NCBI GenBank assembly: GCA_965153285.1 | Contig: OZ229129.1 | Strand: one strand, 5' to 3' | Length of the DNA: 64,000 nt | Origin: Podarcis tiliguerta | Lineage: Eukaryota | Shown: one piece after another, positions 24,849-35,980 of the stretch | Position numbering within the stretch: the first letter of the stretch is position 1 | Layout of the letters: each line of letters opens with the position of its first letter | Program-made: the position numbers and the translations under genes | The notes under the pieces: model-generated | What the model was told of the DNA's origin: nothing | The model's database searches: none | What the model saw: the letters and a program-made list of their open reading frames with translations, nothing else

Positions 24849-25400
24849 GGGCCACCTTTGAAAAATGTTTGGAAACTAGCTGAAAGAGCCAAAGCCAGAC
24901 TGTTGACTAGGGCTGGTCTTACGGAACATATGACTCCCATATTATAAAAGCTACACTGGCTACCAGTCTGTTTCCGGGCACAATTCAAAGTGCTGGTTAT
25001 GATATATAAAGCTGTATATGGCCTAGGTCCGGGCTATCTTAAAGACTGTGTTTTCCCATATGAGCTCTGAGATATTTGGGGGAGGCCCTTCTCTCAGTCC
25101 TGCCACCCTCCCAGGCATGCTTGGTGGGGACACAGACGAGGGTCTTCTTACTGGCTGCTCCCAGACTTTGGAACTCCGTCCCTAGAGAAGCTAGACTGGG
25201 TCCCTCCTTGTTGTCCTTCCACCAGTAGGATTTTGGGAGCTGACTGTTTTTACTATCTACATTTTAATAGATTTGTTTTTACAACACTTAATTCTGTTAT
25301 AGCTTAATTACTTTTCAGCTCTAATCTTTTATATGTTTTTAGCTATCTGTGTTTTGTGAGCCACCTTAGGTCCCAGTTCTGGAAAAAAGGTTGGATATAA
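24849..25400 (+). mobile_element. L2 LINE 3' fragment (decayed ORF2 C-terminus and 3' UTR)
   Basis: Translates to GPPLKNVWKL..ARLLT..EHMTPIL*KLHWLPVCFRAQFKVLVMIYKAVYGLGPGYLKD, the L2-clade ORF2 tail, with stops. Confidence 0.85.
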
Positions 25401-26862
25401 AGAAATGGTTAGGGTTTAGGGCCATGGCACAGGGCCCATGTGTTGGCTCCCAAGGAGATAGCAACCACTTCTCTCTGGGTTTTTTCTTAGGTTGGTATGG
25501 CACAGCATCAAGTCAATTTTTAGCTAACATGTCATCTGAACCCAGGATTGTGGTTAAGGTCTCTCCTCTTTTAATTACCTTCTGTAGCTAAAGTTCATCC
25601 TGTGGCTACAGGTCATAGTTAAGCAGGAAAGACCTTAACCGTGGTCCTGGGTCTGTATGAAATGCTAAGCCAAACATTGGCGGAACTGCTTTCCTGCATT
25701 GACCTAAAAGGCCCAGGTAGGAGCAAAGTGGGTAGTACATTCTCCTCTTCAGGAGCTAACACATTTGCACGATCATAATAAACCATACTCTGGCTTACTT
25801 AAACCAGGCCAATGTTAATTTCCCTGGATATTCATTCATTTATCCCTGTGTGTCAAATATAATTCTGTTAATGCAGTTCATATCACTTATGTTGCTTACC
25901 CACAGGCAAGTCACAGGATGTTTTGATGAGTCAGATGAGAAATAGCAAAATGTGTGATAAGCCCTTTCAGGTTAACTTTCAGGTTAAAGTAAGAGCTTTT
26001 TTTATTTTTTATTTTAGGTGCCAGGGTGCCCGCAAATGTCATATTAGGGGCCCCAGGTTTAAAATTGCTAGTTTTACCAGCATTAAGAACAGATGAACTC
26101 TACTTGTCCCAAAGCATGCCAATGACTATTGGAGACTAGAGCCTTTTGTATAACTATTAATTTGAAGGGTAATTTATACAGTCATTATGACCTGTATTTT
26201 TTGCACGTTGTACTGCAGTTTCAGATTACATCAGTTGATTCCAAAGTGTTTCCAAAAGTACAAAAACAATTTTAATAACTTATGCATTAAAATCTAACAA
26301 GATACACTTGCTTATGTATATAACTTTGATATTTCAATCCTATAATAATACCATTTTGCAAAAGCTTTGGGTTTGAGGGTCAGACCACCAAAGATGAGAA
26401 AAAAGTTTGTCTCTGAGTCAACATTTTTCAGTTATGTTTGTTAGTGGGAGTGATATACCACCTAGTAAGCAATTGGAAAAGTTGTCTGCCCCATTAATGT
26501 AAAGGGATTTTAGGGCCATCAAACCACATTTTCCACATCAAAATTTATTTCTCTTTCTACTGTGTGTTTTTCTGTAAGCATCATTTTCTTCACCTCTTTT
26601 ACTGTGGAGGGAGGCCTTATAGGGCAGTGCTTAGTGCAAATTGCTGGGAAGAACTATCTGTAGATGGGGTTATACAGTAAATGTAAGAACTGGGCACATA
26701 CATTGTATGATTGACAGTGACACCCGCCCCCCCCAGATAGGCCCGTCCTGGTACCCAATATCCCTTTCAGTGGAGATGCCAGTGACTGCACCTGGAACCT
26801 TCTGCATCCAAAGCTGATGAGCTATGTCTCCTCCCGCCAACCGCTTGAAAAATTATATAGTA

Positions 26863-27088
26863 CAGTGGTACCTCAGGTTGCATACGCTTCAGGTTACAGA
26901 CTCCGCTAACCCAGAAATATTACCTCAGGTTAAGAACTTTGCTTCAGGATGAGAACAGAAATCATGCTCCGACGGCGCGGTGGCAGTGGAATGTCCCATT
27001 AGCTAAAGTAGTGCTTCAGGTTAAGAACAGTTTCAGGTTAAGAATGGACCTCTGGAACGAATTAAGTTCTTAACCCGAGGTACCACTG
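26863..27088 (-). mobile_element. Tc1/mariner MITE, family A
   Basis: TA-cagtggtacctcaggtt...taacccgaggtaccactg-TA. Confidence 0.9.
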
Positions 27089-27784
27089 TACTCATTCAGC
27101 TCATAGAACTGCAACCTATGTCCACCTTGTTCCATTATACTAACTGGATAGAGCAAAACATCCAGAGGCTTCATTTCCCCTGGATTTGGTATACAAAGAT
27201 AGCCTTCTGGAACATGGTTCAGACAGCCTTCTGGAACAGAATTATTCTATGTGTGTCCTTATCTCCAATATGCTCAGATCAGTGTTCTTTCCACAGCAAC
27301 CTTTACTAGGTTAGATTAGGCAAGGAGCATGAATCATCCAAGACCACTCAATGAGCTTCAAAGCTGAGTGGAGACATGTCTCTGGTCGTTCCACATCGAA
27401 ACTCAACAGGGAGCAATCTGCAGTGAGATCTCCAAGATTCTAGCAGCTGCTCGCTTTGCTTTTGGAAAAGACAGCAAGCTTGCACTGTCAAGCTATTAAG
27501 CATTTAATTAAACAATAAGTGGGTGAGTCATTATGCCATAAAATTATTACTAACTCTATCCTGCAATCAGGGTGGAGTTTTACTGAAAGAACATAGCCTA
27601 GAGGGATGGGGGGGACGGACCAGTCAGCATATCTGGCAACTGTCCTTGTTTTACGAGTTGCAGGGCATGACTGTGCCTTAAAATAGCCTGTGGTCCTTAC
27701 ATTGTATGTGGAATGTCCATCTCTCTCTCTATGCACTGAAACTGCCTCTAGGCAAAGAAAGTTTAAACACTGTGTTAATTAGAT

Positions 27785-28170
27785 TTCTTATTTGCTTGTT
27801 ACCAAGTCTTCCAAGCGACTTGCATTTAAAAACATTAACATAAATTCATTATATCATTAAAAATTTATATAAAACATTAACGTTCTCATACAAACACCTA
27901 CAATTCACACACATACACCCGTATACAAAAGGAAGCTTTGGCAGCACACTAACAGCAGAACAAAATTGGCTCAGTCCATCAAAAGTCTGGGAGGAAAGGC
28001 AAGTCTTTGCCTGGTGCCAAAACGATGTCAGTGAAGGCACCAGTGAGACTTTTCTGGAGAGAGCAACTGAAAAGGCCTCCATTAGCTAGACATCACTCTC
28101 CAAGCCTCCCTCAGAGAGGGGACCTGGGAAGGAGCCTCTGAAAAAAAATTAAGGGTCTGAGTAGATTTGT
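27785..28170 (-). mobile_element. L2 LINE 3' fragment
   Basis: The - strand frame reads EAFSVA...LTSFWHQAKTCLSSQTF, the L2 ORF2 end motif. Confidence 0.65.
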
Positions 28171-28359
28171 TTTGATTTGGTATCTCTATTCCACTTTTCC
28201 AACAACAATGTTGAGCTCAAAGCGGCCCGCAATAATGACTGTAGCATTAAAAATTACCAAAACGTTTCAGTCAGTACAATCATATATACTTAATAGTTCT
28301 CCTTCATAGCAAAAAACACTTGGAATATATATATCACCAAAAGGAAAAAAAGCTGCTCT

Positions 28360-28505
28360 GCAATTGCTGCCCATTCGTTTTTAGTTCTGTCCTTTGAGGA
28401 AACAGAGAACCAGTTTGTTTCATCTTCCACATGACAGCCCTCCAGATATTTGAAGCCAGCTATCATGTCTCCTTCTAATCTTCTTTTCTCCAGGCTAAAC
28501 ATACC
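28360..28505 (-). mobile_element. CR1 LINE ORF2 C-terminal fragment
   Basis: MFSLEKRRLEGDMIAGFKYLEGCHVED is the CR1 ORF2 signature (FSLEKRRLRGD). Confidence 0.9.
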
Positions 28506-30506
28506 CTAGCATGACCCTTATTTTCTCTCTTCCTGAGCTGTAAGGGAAGTAAGTATATGCAGAAATGGATAAATGGTCAGACTGCTTGATCAATGAGTAG
28601 ACAAGGCAAAAGAGAAGTTTTCATCTGCAGAAGTTTTTAGAGAGATGTCAGGCCTGAAGAAAGGGAAACATAGGACCTTCTAGTACAGAAATTTCCAAAA
28701 CTTTCCCCCCTCCATGGTGTGCTTGAAAATTGCTGAAGGTCTTAGTAAGAGCTTTTTTTTACGCTTGAGACAGCATTCCTGGTGATGATTATGTTGGCTT
28801 GCAGGCTTTCTGAACTGGGGAATCTTTCATCCAGTGCCTAGCTGTGTATATTCTGTTAGGACAACATGGTCCTTTGACTAGATCCATCATTTGTTCCTAA
28901 GGTGAACTCTCTTTTCTATGGGGTGCAGGAGGTGGTGTTACTGTCCTTCTGCCCTGATCTGAAGCAGGGTAGGATATGGGCAAGGCATGCATTGAACATT
29001 CACAGGGCCCTTCCATTTTACCTGGACAGTAACCCTCTAGAAATTGGAGGTGCTGCTAATCTCATTTTGGGGTGCTATACCTGGGCAGAAGGTCTCCACC
29101 TCTGCTACTTCAAGGTGGCTTAAGGAAGCTGTTGTTCAGACTTACGTGGCCTCAGATGTTCCACCAGGGGGGCTTATGGTCCACTTGCTACAGGGGGCAG
29201 CCAAATCCCTTTAAGAATTTATTGGGGGGGGGATTAGGTTCATAGTTGCTTCTTTTCCACCCAGGTCCTTTTCAACCCCCTCTCAACTGCATGGTCTTTA
29301 TTCTCCCCAGGGAGGGGATTCAACAGCATCCATGTTGGGGACACCCTGTACTGTACTTTGAAATCTATGAATGCTTCATTTCTGCCTTATCCAGCTAATG
29401 AATTAGGCCTGCTGGATTGCGGAAAAGCCCTTTGGGAACAGAGGAAAGACCCGCCTGCTTTATCTGTGTTAAATCTTCCATTTGGTCTGCCACAGCCTCA
29501 ATTTTCTCTTAGCTTGTGGGTGTATTTTTGGGAAAGGACAGAGAGAACTTTAGTACATTTTTCAACCTAATAAAGAAGTTCAGAATGACACTGAAGAGCT
29601 TATGTGAGACTCATGTGGAAATTGTACTTGGCACAGAAAAACCTAATCAGAAACTTGATGTGGACTTGCAAATTGTGAGGGTTGGTGTTTTTTTTAAAGG
29701 ACTAGCATGTTTCTTTAGTGATTTTATTGTCATTTATTTTGTATGCAAAGGCATAATACCTGACTTTAAAAAGTGTACATACAGCTCTGTAATCAGCAAT
29801 CTTTCAGAAAAAATAGTTGTCCCATAAGGATTAAAAACATAACTCACACTCAGAAACATGACTGCCTCTGAATGTTGTATTTAATGTATATTTTATTGCA
29901 TTTACTGACTGCATTTAACCTCTTTTTTAAAAAAAAACCCAAGGACTTCATTTAAAAATGATTAGTGTGTGTCTTAATTCTACTGGAATTGATACATTCA
30001 GCAGACATAACTATATCAGTGTAACACTAGTTAAGTACTGATTGCATATGTCAAAATATTCCCTGCTGCCTACACATATCCTAGATCCTCTTTTACTTCT
30101 GTAATTTTTGGCACCCCCTCTTATGTGCGGATGGAGTTGTTTGGGCACATAAAGATCCACAGTTGGGTGTTAGTAGGCTAGCAACAATTCCTCAGCCTGT
30201 GACCCTCTAGAAGTTGTTGAACAATAACTCTCACCATCTGTGACTGCTGTCCATGCTAGAGGGAGGACTGATGAGAGTTGTAGTCTAAAACATCTGAAGG
30301 GCACCATGTTGGGAAGGGTTGACATATAGATAGGGATAATATAGATAGGGATAATTGACCCTAAAGAAGATTTACCCTATATAGGCTATATAGGGGCTAT
30401 ATAGGCTATATAGCCTGTGATAGGCTCCAGGTTGTTGAAATTAATTTATGTTTATACCATGCTTCCAATATCACTGAGATGGGTGTATGTGTATTTGTGT
30501 GTACAC

Positions 30507-30507
<1 letters not shown>

Positions 30508-30574
<67 letters not shown>

Positions 30575-30649
30575 ATCTTTATATATTATATCCTGTGAAA
30601 CTTTCCAAGATCTTCATGGGGCAGGGTTCCCAAATCTGAATGCAGGATG

Positions 30650-30705
<56 letters not shown>

Positions 30706-30723
30706 GACACACACACACACACA
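30508..30723. repeat. Compound microsatellites (CA)n(GA)n and (TC)n(CA)n
   Basis: Direct reading: CA 30508-30544, GA 30545-30571, TC 30655-30688, CA 30688-30723. Confidence 0.95.
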
Positions 30724-31088
30724 ACCAGCTGTATTTGTTCATTTTGTAACTGTTAAGAAACACTATGACTTTTCCTCTCATTTTTTTGGGCCAATTTGGC
30801 AAAAGAATCTTCGGTCTGTAATCTTAAACAGCCTGGGGACTGGATATTGGTGGTGTGGGTGGGAAGCATCTCCCATTAACATCGTCCAAGTTTCAGACTG
30901 TTGTTGTCCAGCTGGAAACCTCCATAAGTTCTCTCCAACTTGTTTTTTCATTGTTGGCACATGAGGACAGCAGAAGAGACCTAGCAAGGGTCGCAGGATA
31001 CAGTCCAGCATCCTGTTTCCCACAATGGTAGGCTGGGTGCATCCAGGAAACCCACAGCAGGGCAAGGATGCAGTCCTTGCAACATATA

Positions 31089-31303
31089 CAGTGGTACCTC
31101 GGGTTACAGATGCTTCAGGTTACAGACTCCGCTAACCCAGAAATAGTACCTCGGGTTAAGAACTTTGCTTCAGGATGAGAACAGAAATTGCACAGTGGTA
31201 GCGGGAGGCCCCATTAGCTAAAGTGGTACCTCAGGCAAAGAACAGTTTCAGGTTAAGAATGGACCTCCAAAACAAATTAAGTTCTTAACCCGAGATACCA
31301 CTG
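31089..31303 (-). mobile_element. Tc1/mariner MITE, family A
   Basis: TA-cagtggtacctcgggtta...cccgagataccactg-TA. Confidence 0.88.
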
Positions 31304-31471
31304 TATAGAGGTAGATTGCCTTGCAATGGGGAAGCTGCATCTTAGCTGTCAGTGTTAATGGTTACACTGGTTAGTTCACACCCACTTTTGTCCCTGGAAG
31401 ACTGACCATGAAAAAAGGTTCTCCACCCTGTGACAATACTAAGGCATGTGGACCAGAATTCTGATTCAGTA

Positions 31472-31693
31472 CAGTCATACCTCATGTTACGGACGCTTCA
31501 GGTTACGTGTTTTCAGGTTGCGGACTGCGGGAAACCCGGAAGTTCCGGAACGGGTTGCTTCCGGGTTTCACTGCTGGCGCATGCACAGAAGACCAAATCA
31601 TGCCTGCGCAGGCGCAGCGCTTCAGGATGCAAACACTGCGGGTTGCGGACGTGCCTCCGTCATGGATTACGTCCACAACCCAAGGTTCCACTG
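31472..31693 (+). mobile_element. Tc1/mariner MITE, family B, inserted in the 3' end of a Squam3-like SINE
   Basis: ctgattcagTA[cagtcatacctc...ggttccactg]TAtaaggcagcttcc restores the SINE tail with one duplicated TA. Confidence 0.82.
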
Positions 31694-32557
31694 TATAAGG
31701 CAGCTTCCAAAATAATGCAGCTTGATCTCTCTCTCTGAATAACAGATATACAAATTCCTCTAGAGCACTTTTCAAAGGAGCCGGTGGTCCTAGAAGTTCC
31801 ATTAGAGGGAATCTGCATACCAATATACCTCTCCTTCTCCTCATTCCAGGCTAATGAGATCATTCTGAAGTTGGGAGGTGCCCATAATGGGGTAGGGGGA
31901 CACATTTCAGGACGAAATTCCATTGACAACGGAATGTAAATGGAGATGCAGGTACAGGCTAGCTTTCCGAAATATTTGGTAAATTGGCCTATTCACAATC
32001 CCATGGTTTTCTGAAAGGGGACTGGAGATTTACAACCGTTTTATTATCTACATATTTTGTAAGAGGAGAGACTGAGGGTTGTTATGTCTAGAATGCATAT
32101 TTCTATAACATTCCATTTATATTGTTGTACATGTAGATTTTTACAGTGGTTTCAATGCATGTAAAATATTGCCTTTTGTTTTTAATACCAGGGGTGGGTA
32201 GAAGGTTTATTTCTAATATATTTTGATAAATTGGCATCCTCACAAGCTTAGGTTGGCCTGTATTCCAAGTGAATGCTCAAACTAGCCTTCATTCTAATTT
32301 AGCTCAAAGGATGTGTGTAGTGAGGTCAGACATCTGGCTAAATATAGATAGGTAGCTTTGGTATGCAGTGAAACATTGCAAGTAAAGGAAGCAGCAATGA
32401 TCAACTTGTACAATAAGTTCCCTTTTAAAAGTTGTGGGTAACCTGTGGAATAAAAGATGGAAGTAATTTTCTTGGGAGAAAGCAAACTATGTTTTTACAT
32501 TTGATGTTAAAGAATAGATCAGTGGAGAATTCTGGTTGCCTTGTGTTGGATGCAGAG

Positions 32558-33022
32558 TAGTGATGAATGAGAAATTTGATTTCATTCACATTAAAAGGTG
32601 AACCTACCTAATTCACACTTTCTGAAACAATACATGACTTGAAATACAACAATCCATTGATGTTCTCACTGCTCTGAATTTGCAATGCAATTGTCCAATC
32701 AAATAATGCGTACAAAATCACACATCCTAGTATATGCATTAAAATACATATATTATTGAAAGTAATGTGTTTATACTAATGAAATATATTAATGCATATA
32801 TGAAAGTAATGTACAAAAATGCATTTTTAAGGGGAAATTGCTCTGCAAAAATATGTGTGTTAGGCAATGTTGCACAGAGAATAGTATATATCAGAAAAAA
32901 CTGCACCAACAATCTGATGAATTTTCATGAGGACTTTAAAAAGAAAATAATCACAAACTGCTGTTTGTGACTTAGTCTGGGGGGGAATTGAGAAATTGGA
33001 TTTAACAGATTCATCCATCCTT
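32558..33022 (+). mobile_element. Old AT-rich non-autonomous DNA element (TAGGGATG-type ends, hAT-like)
   Basis: Shares aaaggtgaacctacctaattcacactttctgaaacaa with 36536-36747; reverse-strand pieces at ~38800-38970 and 39490-39820. Confidence 0.55.
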
Positions 33023-35606
33023 TATACTTTGAAATCCAAGAGATGGAAGCCATGACTAACGTGTACATGTACAAATTTCAGTGAGCAGGCAGGAGGGCAT
33101 TTAAATGGTCAAAGTATCTACATCTTATATATGCAGGTGATAGAAGAATCACAGGGATGAAGATGGGAAGCAGAATATCAGTTAAATCAACAGATTGGAA
33201 GACTCTAGTTTCAATAGCTGATAATGTCTGCTATGTCTGTGTCCCTTTTTAAATTGTCTATAATGGGAGTAACCTATGGCCTTCAGGATGTTCTTTGGAC
33301 TCCAACTCTTACCAGCCCCAGTTGGCATAGCCAATGATCAGGGATGGTGGGAGGAGTTGTAGTCCAACAACATCTTAAGTGTCACTGATTTCCCACAGTT
33401 GTTTTAAAGGCAATACAGTCAACTCACAACTTATGTGGATTTTACTTACATGATCACAGCTTTATGCACTTGGCCAAATTGGTTTTTTTTAAGGGGGGAT
33501 GGGGAGAGTTCCAGAAAGCTGTTCTTTCTGGGAAGAAAGTAAGAGGCAAAAGTGTGGTTGAACCTGAGTATTAAACGAGCTGTTAACTTAGCAGCATCAA
33601 GTTAGGACCCAAAGCCCATCATAGTGTTGACCATAAAAGGTAGAGCAGTAAAAAGAATGGATAATGCAGCCAGGAGTCATGATGACCCAATGATCAAATA
33701 CTATTCCCCTTCCCAAAATAGTCCACATAGTTTATATCTCTTTTAAAAGGTGCTGCAAAGGGTTTCTGTCTCATTTTCTGTCTAGAAAGTAACACGAGGA
33801 GAGAAGGACAAGGAATTGCAGGGAGGCATAGAGAATCTATGTGTATACAGGTATAATTAACCCAATGTCATCCAAGAAAAGGTGTGAAATATATAAATCT
33901 ACATCTGGAACCTGCAACAATATGTTGTAATGCATTCCTATCCACTAAGAGGAGTTTTCCTGTTCTAGTTCTAGGCAGGGGCAGGGAACCAGTGACCTAT
34001 TACTAAACTACAATTCCCATCATCTCTGACCACTGGTTGTGCTGGCTGGAGCTGATGGGAGATGTAGTTCAGCAACATCTAAAGCAAATTAGGTCCCCCA
34101 GCCCTGCTAGGGTTTGGTGTGTTCAACCCAATCCAAAATAATAAAATATCTGTGAAGAGTCCTGTGCAGCTTATAGTGACCTAGGCTACAGTGAACCCAT
34201 TTGACTATAGCAAATTCTAATGTAGAACTCAGCTGATGAGCATGAACTGTATCACCTCTACAGTTTGCTCTCCTATCGTTTGAAGGTTCCTCTCATACAA
34301 TAGTTTTTTCTTGCAATGGAGCTATTGAGGCGGGTACCTTCAGATGATGCAGCTGTTTGCCTCATGCTTTGGGAGTACCCCCGCAGCAATGGAGAAAAGC
34401 AAGTGGCTTGATGAAATTTGCAGGTTTCTTTTGCTTCGTATAATATGAGGAAGGTGGAATTGCTGAGCTGTGTAGGAAATTGACCGTGGAGAGCAAAATA
34501 AACTCTTATTCTGCAAAACCTGGAGCCAAGCAACCTGGTATACCTGCAGTACAACTTTAACCATCTTAATTGCAAAGTGGACTTTGTCATAAAGATACTG
34601 AAAATCAGCTCATGTACTCTTTAACTGGTGCATATAGTTGCATGAATTTGCAAGACTTTTTGTTGTTGCACAAAGGTACAGATTCATCCTCTTGTCATGG
34701 GCAATGACTGATGTGCAGGAGGATTTGGATACATGGGGACAAGACTGAATCTCTTTGGAAATGCTGGTTTCCCTGTAGACAAAAGCACAGGCAGTGGGTC
34801 AGTGGCGCTCACATTCCCAGGAACTTACATTGTACAGCTGTTTAAAAAAAGCAAGAGGCAAGTGATGTGCCCCCATCCGACGTATGAATAGTTGTTTTCC
34901 CCTTCGACCTTCATCAGTCTAGTGCCCTCCAGATATTCTCAACTACAACTTCCATCAGCCCCAGACAGCATGGGCACGGCAGTCCAAAATTTCTGGAGGG
35001 GAACAGGTTGGTGAAGATTGCCTTTCCTGTCAACATGATTCAATTTTAGGGGGAACATGCCCACAACTGCCCTTTTTATTAGAAATTATCTGAAAAGTAT
35101 GCACCATCTATGTGTTTCTGTGCAGCACTTCTTGAATGCAGGCCTTTCTCCCTGTGGAGTTTTCTCCCTAAAGAAAAAGTCCAGAGCTTCACATTAGCTC
35201 CAAGGAGCATCTAGTACATTTGCTGTGGAAGGAATCAGGATTGGGGTCTTGTGCAAGTGGAAGGCGGGCCTGCTTGTAAACAGGGCTCTCCACTTCTCCC
35301 CTTCCTGCTGCAGCATCCCATGTCATTGTGAAGGATTCCCTAATCTCGAGGATGGGGCTACAGGGGCAGTGGGAAGTGGCTTCAATGGGAAGCAGCTGTG
35401 GCTGGTGCCCATTGAGAATGGCAGGGCAGAAGACAGGAAGACCAATAATAGGTTGAAACTCAAGGCAAACTGAGAGCCAATCAACTAATTCTAGTTTTTC
35501 CCACGTCATCTTCCCTGCTGAGATCTATAATTGCAACATTGATTTTAGGGGAGAATAAAGCTGATGACCAGTTCCACCCCCTGGACTGGTTGTAAATAAG
35601 GCAAGT

Positions 35607-35980
35607 GTCATGGACCTGCTGGATGCAGAGGAGTGGCAGGAAGCACCAGCTGGGTACCCCCAGGGGAAGAAATCTCAGAGCCCGAGAATTGTTGGTGGGG
35701 TGACAGTGAGTAGTCGGAGGGAGAAGACTGGGTGGAGGGGGTTTTGGAAGCTGAAGAGGCAATAGGGTTTAGTGAGCAGGAAGAGGCTGCGGCAGAGCAC
35801 AGCCAGAAGCGGGGGGGGGGGGGGGCAAGAGGCTGAGAGGAGACATGCTGCTGAAGAAGCCAGGGGATCTCCCCCTCCTGCTGCGACCAGCTCCTCTCTC
35901 CTCTGGTCTCCCAGAATATGAAGAGGAACGAAGAGGGCGGAGCAAAGAGAGACAATGTTTGAGGCACTCAAGAAAGAGTT
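35607..35980 (+). mobile_element. Probable truncated solo LTR
   Basis: Starts TGTCATGGAC and is purine-rich, resembling a lacertid LTR-type repeat as I recall it. No 3' CA end or TSD identified. Confidence 0.35.
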
